From an uncultured Spirochaetota bacterium (GTDB taxonomy: Bacteria; Spirochaetota; Spirochaetia; SZUA-6; Fen-1364): 64,000 nt of DNA. Both the position numbers and the translations under genes were made by a program. Shown piece by piece: positions 1 through 9,113 of this stretch. The notes under the pieces are model-generated. The model saw only the letters and a list, made by a program, of their open reading frames with translations. It was not told where the DNA came from and made no database searches. Within the stretch, counting starts at the first letter, position 1; the number at the start of each line of letters is the position of its first letter. The DNA lies in contig CAWJSK010000015.1 in the NCBI GenBank assembly GCA_963845535.1, positions 160,001 to 224,000 of the forward strand. The letters run 5' to 3'.

Positions 1-312
1 CCCACGGACGGCGCTCCCCGGATCGATCTCTATCTCATGTGTCAGGATATCGAACAGACCATACAGGAGCTGCGGGAGAAGGGCGTCAAGTTCTCCCGGG
101 CCGTCAGTGAAGAAAGTTGGGGAAGGTACTGCGCCATTGCGCTTCCCGGCGGCGGCGAGCTGGGACTTTACCAGCCGCGGCATCCCACGGCCCTTGCCAG
201 GCCCACGGCGGCCGCGCGCGCGGGGGGCAAGAGCCGCTCGGCTGGCAAAAGCGTCACGGTGGCCAAGGCCGGCGCAGGCTCCCGCGGCCTCGGATCAGCT
301 TCCCGGCGCTGA
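1..312 (+). CDS. VOC/glyoxalase family protein, 5'-partial
   Basis: Frame open from base 1. DLYLMCQDIEQTIQELREKGVKF...EESWGRYCAIALPGGGELGLYQP matches the C-terminal half of a VOC fold; low-complexity tail. Confidence 0.75.
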   Translation, partial: PTDGAPRIDLYLMCQDIEQTIQELREKGVKFSRAVSEESWGRYCAIALPGGGELGLYQPRHPTALARPTAAARAGGKSRSAGKSVTVAKAGAGSRGLGSASRR

Positions 313-720
313 CGGGGAGACCACGGATCCTTCGCGCGCGGACCGGCCGTCCGCGCCCGCAAGGTCCGCAAGGACCCGGTAGGCCGCCTCAGCGTCAGTG
401 GTGTCGCGGAGGAGCCCCTCCGTGCGGCACTGGATTGTGTCAACCAGAGAGTCCCAGGTGCAGGACGCCCCGGCGCGGTCCAGAACGTCCTTCCCCAGCA
501 TGCTGAGCACACCGGCGTGGACGGTACGTATGCCCATACGGGTGATGAGGAAAGCGGAGCCTCGACCTATGATCTTGTCATGGATCTCAGCTTTGCGCAG
601 GTCGACCTTCCTGTCCTTCAGGAACCTTTCCAGCTCGAAAAGGGGGTGCAGCCACTTGCCCGCGCTCTGGAACATCACCTGTCCATCTATGAGAAACTCG
701 AGCGTCGCATTCGTAAACAT
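295..720 (-). CDS. DUF1893 (TM1506-like) protein
   Basis: WLHPLFEL...IHDKIIGRGSAFL...C(R)TE pattern typical of DUF1893. Start taken at ATG 720 (MFTNAT). Confidence 0.7.
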   Translation of the reverse strand: MFTNATLEFLIDGQVMFQSAGKWLHPLFELERFLKDRKVDLRKAEIHDKIIGRGSAFLITRMGIRTVHAGVLSMLGKDVLDRAGASCTWDSLVDTIQCRTEGLLRDTTDAEAAYRVLADLAGADGRSAREGSVVSPSAPGS

Positions 721-744
721 GATGCGACTGTTATACGATATATT

Positions 745-762
745 CATGATTGTGTAATCATG
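745..762. promoter_or_regulatory. Palindromic candidate operator between divergent genes
   Basis: CATGATT-gtgt-AATCATG perfect 7-bp inverted repeat in an AT-rich 54-bp intergenic region. Confidence 0.45.
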
Positions 763-774
763 GGAGGTGTCATC

Positions 775-1320
775 ATGGCCAACGAGCGCCGCTTCCACGG
801 AAACGCCGAACGTCTCCGAGCGCCTGAACGGATCCAGCTCCTGGAAACCGCGCGCGTCGTTCAGCTCTGCGCCGAGGGCTTGCGGCTGGAGAGCGTCTTG
901 GACGTCGGTACGGGCACGGGAGTCTTTGCTGAAGCTTTTGCGAAGGAAAAGTTACGCGTGGCGGGGATAGACCCTGACCCGGATCTCCTTGTCGTGGCCC
1001 GGCGGTTCGTCCCGGATGCTTCTTTCCAGGCTGCCGTGGCGGAAAGCCTCCCGTTCGGGGACGGCTCGTACGACCTCGTTTTCCTCGGGCACGTCCTGCA
1101 TGAGACGGATGAGCCCGTCATCGCTCTCCGGGAAGCCCGCCGTGTCGCGCGAAAAAGGGTTGTGATCCTCGAGTGGCCGTATAAAGAGGAAGACAGGGGA
1201 CCGCCCCTGGCTCACAGGCTGGCCGCGGATCACGTCCGGGAGATCGCTGAAAAAGCGGGACTGGCGTCTCTGGAAAGGTCCACCCTGGCGCACATGGAGC
1301 TCTTTCGCGCAACGCTGTGA
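775..1320 (+). CDS. Class I SAM-dependent methyltransferase
   Basis: VLDVGTGTG motif I and LPFGDGSYDLV; GGAGG RBS before ATG 775. Confidence 0.9.
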   Translation: MANERRFHGNAERLRAPERIQLLETARVVQLCAEGLRLESVLDVGTGTGVFAEAFAKEKLRVAGIDPDPDLLVVARRFVPDASFQAAVAESLPFGDGSYDLVFLGHVLHETDEPVIALREARRVARKRVVILEWPYKEEDRGPPLAHRLAADHVREIAEKAGLASLERSTLAHMELFRATL

Positions 1321-1348
1321 CCCTTGGTGCTCTCCGGCCCGGCGATGA

Positions 1349-2590
1349 TTACGCTAGCCACTTCTCAAAAAAAGTGAGCGCCTCCACCTGCATCGGCAGG
1401 TCGAGCTTGTGCGCGCCAGGGTGGATGCTGACGGCAAGCCGCTCGGCGGCTCCGGCCTTTGCGTAGACCTCCTGGAGGACTCGCGTCGCGCGAAGCGTTT
1501 CCTGGTGGGTGAACAGGGGATCACTGCTCGTGGCCATCACGAGAGCCGGCAGCGGAGCTCTGAGTCCCAGAATTTCGGGGAAATCCATGAGCGGGGCGAG
1601 CCCCGGCACGTAGGCCATCCACGTGTGCGTGTAGCTCGTGCTCAGGAGGAAGTCTTTCCAGGTGCTCATGAATCCGGCGCATACCGCGGCCCTGATCCTG
1701 TCATCCATCCCGGCCAGAAACGCGGTTCGAAGCCCTCCGCCCGACAACCCCCCGCAGCCGAGCCTGTGGGGATCCACGTCCGGCCGGGAAGCAAGGTAAT
1801 CCAGCGCCGCCATGTCCTCCGCAAGGGCGACCCCGGGCCACGTGAGCCCCGCGCAGAAAAGGGACTTGGCGATGACGCTTTCCTGCTGGCCGGCAAAAGC
1901 GTTGTAGAAATCTATGGCTGCCTGCGGCTCGTCCGCGGGCACGTCGAGGAGCTGGTCGTGGCCGCCCGCGGCGAGGTCCTTCGGAGAAAGCTCACGGATT
2001 TCCTCCGGCGGGCTCAGGAGGCGCTTGACCACGTGGTAGGGCAGGTCCGAGGCCAGGATTCTCCTGCTTTCGAACGGGAACACGTCGTGCACCAGGACCG
2101 CGAAGCCCCTGCGCGCAGCCTCGTTTGCCCACGCGAGCCCGCCATAGTAGTCCCGCTGGTGCTTCTCCATCATGGGATGGACGGCAGAGGCGAGGCGGGC
2201 GATCTTGCGCTTTCCGAAGTGCTTGTCCCCTCCGTGATCATGCAGCGCCAGGATTCCGGGAAGCCTTCCTGCCGCGCTCTTGGCGCTCTGGATGCTCCGC
2301 GCAGCCCGAGGCTTCAGGAAGTACGCCTCGGTCCTCGGCCCGTAGGGAAGCTGCCAGGACAGCTCCTCGATCTCCAGATCCTCCGTCGTATGGCGCCTGT
2401 GCGTCCGGACGTCGTTTGCGCGGACCGCAGTCGGGGCAGAGAGAAGCCGGGTGAGCGCGGCGCGCGCGGCTTGTCTCCATTCATCGACGTCGGACCATCT
2501 CGGGTTGCGAAAGGAAAGATCACCGGGACCCTCTCCGAGCCTGGCGGCTGCCCAGGGTCCGTACGCTCCGAGCATATTCTTGTGCATCAT
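1349..2590 (-). CDS. Alpha/beta hydrolase (dienelactone hydrolase-like)
   Basis: LHDHGG, GCGGLSGGG nucleophile elbow, C-terminal SDPLF and PGAH. Start MMHKNMLG at 2590. Confidence 0.8.
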   Translation of the reverse strand: MMHKNMLGAYGPWAAARLGEGPGDLSFRNPRWSDVDEWRQAARAALTRLLSAPTAVRANDVRTHRRHTTEDLEIEELSWQLPYGPRTEAYFLKPRAARSIQSAKSAAGRLPGILALHDHGGDKHFGKRKIARLASAVHPMMEKHQRDYYGGLAWANEAARRGFAVLVHDVFPFESRRILASDLPYHVVKRLLSPPEEIRELSPKDLAAGGHDQLLDVPADEPQAAIDFYNAFAGQQESVIAKSLFCAGLTWPGVALAEDMAALDYLASRPDVDPHRLGCGGLSGGGLRTAFLAGMDDRIRAAVCAGFMSTWKDFLLSTSYTHTWMAYVPGLAPLMDFPEILGLRAPLPALVMATSSDPLFTHQETLRATRVLQEVYAKAGAAERLAVSIHPGAHKLDLPMQVEALTFFEKWLA

Positions 2591-2686
2591 CTCATAGTGC
2601 CATGAGGAGGCGGTCTTGGTAAAACGCCTTCGACTGCGGCCGATGTTTTCCAATCTGCTCCATTTGCCTGAAGATGCGCCGCTGCA

Positions 2687-2790
2687 TACCTTTTGGCGTG
2701 ACGATCTTGTTCCGCGCACGTGACCAACCGGTGACCGAAGTGACGGTTGCTGTTCCTCAGTCACTGTAAGCTGCGAATGCGGGGGAGAAC
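2687..2790 (+). promoter_or_regulatory. rsbR upstream region with GTGAC direct repeats (copy 1 of shared element)
   Basis: GTGAC at 2698, 2720, 2731 and 2740; aligns with 51245-51350. Confidence 0.6.
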
Positions 2791-2826
2791 GCGGTAAGGG
2801 AGGCGGGCTCTCCGAAGGAGGCGTCA

Positions 2827-3795
2827 ATGAGTGACCGTGATCCCAGCGCACGGGCAAGGGCGGGGGCGCTGGTGACGGGGGAGAAGTTGCGGACCAAGCC
2901 GGTTGAGCTGCCTTCAGAGGCCCCGCGGGACGAACAGACCACGCGGCTTCTGCGGGAGCTGGTGGCGCACCTGCGCGACCAGCGCGCGGTGCTTCGCGAG
3001 GAATGGCTGCGGCGCATCACGGGGGCGCGGCTTCTGATGGCCATGAGCCGCGAGGAGATCTACGCGGAGGCCACTTCGATCTTCGACCAGTACGTGGAGG
3101 CGCTGGAGGCAGGGGCGTTCGAGGCGCTGCAGACCTACGCGCAGAACCTGTCCGAGCGCATCATCCCGCGGGGAGTGGAGACGCACGAGGTTGTGGGGAT
3201 CGTGCTGCTGCTGCGCGACGTGCTGGCGCGGGCGCTTTTCACCAAGTACCACAGCGACCTGGACAAGCTGAACCAGATTCTGGACGCCTACGAGCCTGCG
3301 GCCAACCGGATAGCCATCACGGTGGCGGTCGGGTTCGTGCAGGAGCGCGAGCGGGTCATTCGAGAGCAACAGGAAGCCATTCGGGAGCTGTCCACTCCCG
3401 TGCTGCAGGTGCGCGAGCGCCTTCTGATCCTGCCGATCATCGGGCTGATCGATCCGCAGAGGGCGCGGCAGCTCACCGAGCAGCTGTTGCGGGCCATCCG
3501 TCAAAACCGGGCCCGCGTGGTGGTCATCGACATCACGGGGGTGCCCGTGATGGACTCCAACGTGGCCAACCACCTGGTGCAGACGGTGGAGGCCTCCCGG
3601 CTGTTGGGAGCCACCTCCATCGTCACCGGCCTTTCCCCGGACATCGCCCAGACTCTGGTGAACATCGGGGTGGACCTGAGCAAGATGAACACGGTGGGTG
3701 ACCTGCAGGGCGGCATCGAGGAGGCTGAGCACATCCTGGGCTACAAGGTGGCCCCCGTGGCCGTCGAGCAGCCCCTCGAGACACAAGGATTGTAG
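2827..3795 (+). CDS. rsbR: Stressosome protein RsbR (helical RsbRD_N-like sensor domain + STAS)
   Basis: QQEAIRELSTPVLQV, LPIIGLID, IDITGVPVMDS, TGLSPDIAQTLVNIGVDL; first gene of an R-S-T cluster. Confidence 0.92.
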   Translation: MSDRDPSARARAGALVTGEKLRTKPVELPSEAPRDEQTTRLLRELVAHLRDQRAVLREEWLRRITGARLLMAMSREEIYAEATSIFDQYVEALEAGAFEALQTYAQNLSERIIPRGVETHEVVGIVLLLRDVLARALFTKYHSDLDKLNQILDAYEPAANRIAITVAVGFVQERERVIREQQEAIRELSTPVLQVRERLLILPIIGLIDPQRARQLTEQLLRAIRQNRARVVVIDITGVPVMDSNVANHLVQTVEASRLLGATSIVTGLSPDIAQTLVNIGVDLSKMNTVGDLQGGIEEAEHILGYKVAPVAVEQPLETQGL

Positions 3796-3798
3796 GGC

Positions 3799-4326
3799 GT
3801 GGAGGTCCCGATCCTCAAGCAGGGCAACTACCTCATTGCCTCCATCCAGTCGGCGCTTTCGGACTCTGACCTGGCGCAGCTTCGCGATCGGCTTGTTGCG
3901 CAGGTGGGGAAGCTGCGTTCGCGCGGGGTGATCATCGACCTGACGGCGCTGGACATCATGGACAGCTTTGCCACGCGAACGCTGCGGGACACGGCGCACA
4001 TGATACGACTGCGGGGCGCGGAGACGGTGATCGTGGGGATGCAGCCCGAGGTGGCCTTCACGATGGTGGAGCTGGGGTTGAGCTTGAGCGGGATAGCCAC
4101 GGCGCTGGACCTGGAGGAAGGGCTGGTGTACCTGGACGGACGGACGGCAAGCCGTCACCGAAGCGACGCCCGGCCAGAAGGACGGAAAAGGTGGGACGTG
4201 AGAGCTCGGAGACCACGCTGCACCTTGCCATTGCCTCGGATGAGGACCTGCTGGCGGCGCGTTCGCAGATACGGGCAGCGGCGCTGGAGATGGGGTTTGC
4301 CACCACGGACATGGTACGGATCGTGA
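3799..4326 (+). CDS. rsbS: Stressosome protein RsbS (STAS); C-terminus overruns rsbT, probable indel
   Basis: VPILKQG...LIASIQ, IDLTALDIMDSF (conserved phospho-Ser), GMQPEVA, TALDLEEGL. Homology ends near aa 115 but the ORF overlaps the next gene by 136 nt. Confidence 0.88.
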   Translation: MEVPILKQGNYLIASIQSALSDSDLAQLRDRLVAQVGKLRSRGVIIDLTALDIMDSFATRTLRDTAHMIRLRGAETVIVGMQPEVAFTMVELGLSLSGIATALDLEEGLVYLDGRTASRHRSDARPEGRKRWDVRARRPRCTLPLPRMRTCWRRVRRYGQRRWRWGLPPRTWYGS

Positions 4327-5246
4327 CGGCGGTGTCGGAGCTGGCGCGCAACATATTGTTGTATGCCGGGCGCGGGGAGCTGTCGCTGAGGGTGATCAAT
4401 GAGAACGGTCGTGACGGTGTGTTGATCACCGCGCAGGACGAGGGGCCGGGGATCCCGGACGTGCCCAAGGCGCTTTTGGACGGATTCAGCACCTCGGGAG
4501 GGCTGGGGTTGGGGCTGCCCGGGACACGGCGGTTGATGGACGAGTTCGAGATACAGTCGGAAGTGAAGAAGGGAACGATCGTCAAAGTGAAGAAGTGGCT
4601 GAACGAAGGGCCCGTGGTGGTTCTGAAGGAAAAGAAGGAGAGGTCTCCCATTGCAAGCGGCATCGCAGCGCGCACGCTGCCAGGAGAGACCCAGACGGGG
4701 GACAGGTCGGTGATCCGCGTGCACCCCGGCGGAGTGCTCCTTGCGGTGATCGACGGGCTGGGCCATGGGCCGGCGGCGGCTCACGCCGCCGCCATTGCCG
4801 CGGAGGTGATGAGCAACTCGCCGTCCACGGACGTGGTGGAGCTGGTGCGCGAATGCCACCAGAAGCTCCAGCACAGCCGCGGGGTGGTGATGACGGTGGT
4901 CTCCATCATCATGAGCGCAAGCCGCGCGAGCTGGATCGGCGTGGGCAACGTGCAGGGGATGCTCGTGCACGCAAACGGCAGCCAGAACAGCTCGGGGAGG
5001 GCTTTTGCGCTCCTTCGCAGCGGGATCGTCGGGCAGCGCCTGCCGACGACGCTCCAGCCCTCGTCTCTCATCGTGGAGAGGGGTGATACGTTCGTGCTCG
5101 CCACCGACGGGGTTGCCCTCGATTTCATGAAGGAGCATTCGCTGGACCAGCCCCCGCAGCTCCTGGCGGAGCGGATCCTGGAGCAATACGGGCTGGTAAA
5201 CGACGATGCGCTGGTGCTCGTGGCGCGATATCTGGGCGGGGAATGA
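4191..5246 (+). CDS. rsbT: RsbT serine kinase fused to RsbX-like PP2C phosphatase
   Basis: N-half: TAVSELARNI, DEGPGI, GFSTSGGLGLGLPG. C-half: GD, VIDGLGHG, LATDG, DDALV (PP2C/SpoIIE motifs). Confidence 0.88.
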   Translation: MGRESSETTLHLAIASDEDLLAARSQIRAAALEMGFATTDMVRIVTAVSELARNILLYAGRGELSLRVINENGRDGVLITAQDEGPGIPDVPKALLDGFSTSGGLGLGLPGTRRLMDEFEIQSEVKKGTIVKVKKWLNEGPVVVLKEKKERSPIASGIAARTLPGETQTGDRSVIRVHPGGVLLAVIDGLGHGPAAAHAAAIAAEVMSNSPSTDVVELVRECHQKLQHSRGVVMTVVSIIMSASRASWIGVGNVQGMLVHANGSQNSSGRAFALLRSGIVGQRLPTTLQPSSLIVERGDTFVLATDGVALDFMKEHSLDQPPQLLAERILEQYGLVNDDALVLVARYLGGE

Positions 5247-5274
5247 ACCGCGGGATTGATCGAGGGTTTGCGTC

Positions 5275-5964
5275 ATGAAGGTCGTGGTCATCGAGGACAC
5301 GGAAGAGATCGTAGAAAGCATCAAGCTGTGCATTGCCATTCGCTGGCCGGAGTGCATCACCCTGTCGACGCCGCGGGGAAAAGAAGGCCTCCACCTTGTC
5401 CAGAGCGAGTCCCCTGACGTCGTGATCCTGGACCTCGTTCTTGCGGACGGGAACGGCTTCGACGTGCTCAAGGACATCCGCACGTGGTCCGACGTGCCGG
5501 TGATCATCGTGAGCGTCAAAGGGGACGAGGTCGTGAGGGTGAAGGGCCTGGAGATGGGAGCGGATGATTTCATCGCGAAGCCCTTCTCCCATACCGAGCT
5601 TCTGGCCCGCATGCGCGCGGTGCTGCGCCGCACTCACATGCCGTCGCTCTGGCAGGACGCCGGAGTCATGAAGGGCAAGAACCTCACCATCGACATGGGC
5701 TCGGGCCGGGCTTTTGTGGATGGAAAGGAAACGGGGCTCAGTGCAACGGAGTGGAAGCTCCTGATCTACCTCGCGCGCAACGAAGGGAGGATCATTCCCC
5801 CGGAAATGCTGGCTTCCAAAGTCTGGGGGGTCGCCTTTGTGGAGCCCTCGACAATCAAGATGTGCGTGCGCCGCTTGCGCGTGAAGCTCGGTGACGACAC
5901 CCGGGCGCCGCGCATCATCCGCAGCCACCGCGGGCGCGGGTACAGCTTCGAGCTGGGCTCGTAG
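5275..5964 (+). CDS. OmpR-family response regulator (paralog A)
   Basis: REC domain (IED, ILDL, KPF) plus winged helix (RRLR.KL, RGRGY). Confidence 0.93.
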   Translation: MKVVVIEDTEEIVESIKLCIAIRWPECITLSTPRGKEGLHLVQSESPDVVILDLVLADGNGFDVLKDIRTWSDVPVIIVSVKGDEVVRVKGLEMGADDFIAKPFSHTELLARMRAVLRRTHMPSLWQDAGVMKGKNLTIDMGSGRAFVDGKETGLSATEWKLLIYLARNEGRIIPPEMLASKVWGVAFVEPSTIKMCVRRLRVKLGDDTRAPRIIRSHRGRGYSFELGS

Positions 5965-6019
5965 GCCTCGATTCCCGCTTTTTCTTTACCGGCCGCGCCG
6001 AGCGTGTTATGGTGCTTCT

Positions 6020-7966
6020 ATGAAAAGGACCGTCCTTCGAATGCTCGACGAGGCAGCGCAGACGTGGGGGTCACTCGGCTACGCCCACCGCAAGACGGAA
6101 GCGGGATGGACCCCGGTGTCTTTTGCCCAGGCGCGTGAGCGCTCCCGCGAGTTTGCCGCCTGGCTCCTTTCCATGGGCGGCCGCCCCGGTGACGCCATGG
6201 TGATCATTGCCGAAGGCAGCCCCGAGTGGATCATGAGCGAGCTCGGCCTTCTCATGGCCGGTTGCGTCTCCGTTCCACTCTCCATCAAGCTCCTGGAGGA
6301 GGAGATCCCCTTCCGCGCAAACCACTCGAAGGCAAAAGGGATCATCACGACGAAGAACCAGCTCGCGAAGGTCCTCGGATCACTCCGTGCCGTGGATGAC
6401 AAGACCATTCGGATCATCTACCTGGACGATGACCCTGACTGGGCGCGCTCGCAGGCGGCCGCGCATGGCGTGCCCGCTGACAGGCTGACCGGTTTCGAGG
6501 AGGCGCGTCGGGTCGGACGGGACGTGATGGGACACATGCGGCCGGAGCTCGACAGGATCCTCGAGGGCATCCAGGAGGATGACACCGTCACCATTTCCTA
6601 TACGTCGGGGACCACGGGGAACCCCAAGGGCATCATGCTCACCCACCTCAACTACTGGACGAACTGCCACGACGCCCGGGAGGCAATCCGGTTCGAGCCG
6701 GGGTGGAAGTCCCTGATCATCCTGCCGGTGGACCACTCGTTCGCCCACACGGCGGGGCTCTACACGGCGCTCTTGTGCGGGCTGTCGCTGTATTTCGTCG
6801 ACTCCCGCGGCGGCGGGATGGGAACGCTCCGCAATATCCCCATCAACCTGCTGGAGGTCCAGCCGCATTTCATCTTCACCGTCCCCTCGCTCTCCGGCAA
6901 CCTCATGAAGAAGATCATAGCCGGAGTGGAAGAAAAGGGCGGGCTCATCGAAAAGCTCTTCCGGGCAGGAATCGCCGCCGGCATTGCAACGAACGGAAAC
7001 GGCTTCAATCCCCCTGGCTTCCTCCAGAAGCTGAAGAGCTTTTTCCCCTTTATGATGGCCCGGCTCATCGTCTTTACGGCGATCAAAAAGAAGGTTTTCG
7101 GAAGGAACATCCGTTATTGCATTGGCGGCGGCGCGCTCCTCGACCTGAAGCAGCAGGAGTTCTTCGCCGCGCTCGGCGTGCCCGTCTATCAGGGCTACGG
7201 CCTCACGGAAGCCGCGCCCGTGATCAGCGCCAACACTCCGCCCCGGCACAAGTTTGGCACGTCGGGGGTTCTCATGCAGTCGATCGAGCTGAAGCTCGTG
7301 AAGCCGGACGGGACCCTGGCACAAGTCGGAGAGACCGGGGAGGTCGTGGTCCGCGGCGGCAATGTCATGAAAGGCTACTTCCGCAATCCCGAGGCAACGA
7401 GCCAGGCACTGCGGGACGGCTGGTTGTACTCCGGAGACCTCGCATACCGGGACAAGGACGGCTTTCTCGTGGTGGTCGGGCGGGAGAAAGCGCTCCTGAT
7501 TGCCGAGGATGGGGAGAAGTACAGTCCGGAGGACATCGAGGAGGCGGTCACCACGTCCACCGACCTGATCGATCAGATCATGGCATACTGCGATCACCGG
7601 AAGTACACCATGGCCCTCGTCACTCTGGACACGGCGAAGGTGCAGAGGCTTGTAGAGAAGAGAGGGATAACGTGCGCAGAAGAGCTGCTGAGGCTTCTCT
7701 CACAGGAGTTCATCAGGTACCGGGCCGACCCCAAGGCCAAGAAAGTCCAGCCAACGTGGGAGCCCGCGGTTTTCCAGATCGTTCCTCAGCCGTTCAATGA
7801 GAAGGACGGCACCATCAACTCGATGCTGAAGCTCGTCCGCCACAGGATCGTCGAGGTCCACAGGGACCTGATCGAATACGCCTATACCAGGGATGGTTCA
7901 AAGACGGAGAACGGCCGTAACATCGCTGCTCTCCGGTCGGTCTTCCAGCTCGCGAAGGAAAGCTGA
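6020..7966 (+). CDS. Long-chain fatty acid-CoA ligase (AMP-binding)
   Basis: YTSGTTGNPKG, YQGYGLTE, GWLYSGD. Confidence 0.9.
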   Translation: MKRTVLRMLDEAAQTWGSLGYAHRKTEAGWTPVSFAQARERSREFAAWLLSMGGRPGDAMVIIAEGSPEWIMSELGLLMAGCVSVPLSIKLLEEEIPFRANHSKAKGIITTKNQLAKVLGSLRAVDDKTIRIIYLDDDPDWARSQAAAHGVPADRLTGFEEARRVGRDVMGHMRPELDRILEGIQEDDTVTISYTSGTTGNPKGIMLTHLNYWTNCHDAREAIRFEPGWKSLIILPVDHSFAHTAGLYTALLCGLSLYFVDSRGGGMGTLRNIPINLLEVQPHFIFTVPSLSGNLMKKIIAGVEEKGGLIEKLFRAGIAAGIATNGNGFNPPGFLQKLKSFFPFMMARLIVFTAIKKKVFGRNIRYCIGGGALLDLKQQEFFAALGVPVYQGYGLTEAAPVISANTPPRHKFGTSGVLMQSIELKLVKPDGTLAQVGETGEVVVRGGNVMKGYFRNPEATSQALRDGWLYSGDLAYRDKDGFLVVVGREKALLIAEDGEKYSPEDIEEAVTTSTDLIDQIMAYCDHRKYTMALVTLDTAKVQRLVEKRGITCAEELLRLLSQEFIRYRADPKAKKVQPTWEPAVFQIVPQPFNEKDGTINSMLKLVRHRIVEVHRDLIEYAYTRDGSKTENGRNIAALRSVFQLAKES

Positions 7967-7967
7967 C

Positions 7968-9113
7968 ATGCTTGCAACCACTCCGCCCATGGGATGGAAC
8001 TCGTGGAACGGATTCGGGCCTCGGGTGAGCGAAGACCTTGTCCGCCAGACCGCGGATTCCCTTGTCTCCTTGGGCTTGCGCGACCTTGGCTACCGGTACG
8101 TCGTCATAGATGACTGCTGGGCGCTGCGCGAGCGCGGAAGAAACCGGGAGCTCGTCCCGGATCCCGAGCGGTTCTCCCTCGGCATGAGACCGCTGGCGGA
8201 CTACGTGCACGGGCTCGGCCTGAAGCTCGGGATCTACTCCGACGCCGCGGAGCGCACCTGCGCAGGCTATCCGGGAAGCTTCGGCTTTGAGGATCAGGAC
8301 GCCGCGTTGTGGGCTTCCTGGGGAATCGATTTCCTGAAATATGACTACTGCCACGCTCCCCAGGACCAGGCAACGGCCATTGAGCGTTACACGAGAATGG
8401 GCGAAGCGCTGAAAAAGACCGGACGGGAAATCCTCTACAGTATATGCGAGTGGGGCGGCAGGAATCCCCACCTCTGGGCCCGCCGGGCCGGAGGCCACAT
8501 GTGGCGGGCAACCCCGGACGTTCTTGACAGTTGGACCGACGTGTGGGTGGAGAAGAGCAACTGGACGGGGATCGGGATCGACAGCGCCATCGAGGCGGCC
8601 GCTGCGCTCAGTGAATACGGCGGCCCCGGCGGCTGGAACGACCTGGACATGCTTGTTGTCGGGCTTCATGGCTCGGGAAGCATCCCCGGGGAGGGAGCCA
8701 CGCTGCGGGAATACAGGACCCAGATGTCCTTGTGGTGCATGCTCTGCTCTCCGCTCATGATCGGATGCGACCTTCGCTCCCGGGAAGGGCCGGTCCGGGA
8801 GATACTTTCCAATCCCGAGCTGATTGCCGTCAACCAGGATCCCCTGGGGCGCCCGGCGGTGAGGGTGCGCCGGATCGGGCAGCAGGAGATCTGGCGCAAA
8901 CCCATGGCGGATGGCTCCATTGTCGTCGCGCTTCTGAACCGCGGAGCCACCGTGGCTGACATGGCCCTGCGCCCCGCCGACGCCGGCGTGCTTGATTCTT
9001 TTCGAGGGACCGCCCGGGACCTTTGGAAGAGGGAAGTGGTGGCGGAGTATTCGCCTGCGTTTGCGCGCACGGTCCAGCCGCATGAGACGGTGGTTCTCCG
9101 CCTGACGCCATGA
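7968..9113 (+). CDS. Alpha-galactosidase, GH27
   Basis: TPPMGWNSWN, IDDCW, LKLGIYSD, DFLKYDYC, WNDLDML. Confidence 0.93.
   Translation: MLATTPPMGWNSWNGFGPRVSEDLVRQTADSLVSLGLRDLGYRYVVIDDCWALRERGRNRELVPDPERFSLGMRPLADYVHGLGLKLGIYSDAAERTCAGYPGSFGFEDQDAALWASWGIDFLKYDYCHAPQDQATAIERYTRMGEALKKTGREILYSICEWGGRNPHLWARRAGGHMWRATPDVLDSWTDVWVEKSNWTGIGIDSAIEAAAALSEYGGPGGWNDLDMLVVGLHGSGSIPGEGATLREYRTQMSLWCMLCSPLMIGCDLRSREGPVREILSNPELIAVNQDPLGRPAVRVRRIGQQEIWRKPMADGSIVVALLNRGATVADMALRPADAGVLDSFRGTARDLWKREVVAEYSPAFARTVQPHETVVLRLTP

Noticed and set aside
5275..5964. Regulator duplication as an assembly artefact
   Set aside because: The copies differ at about 25 residues and many synonymous sites and have different flanks.
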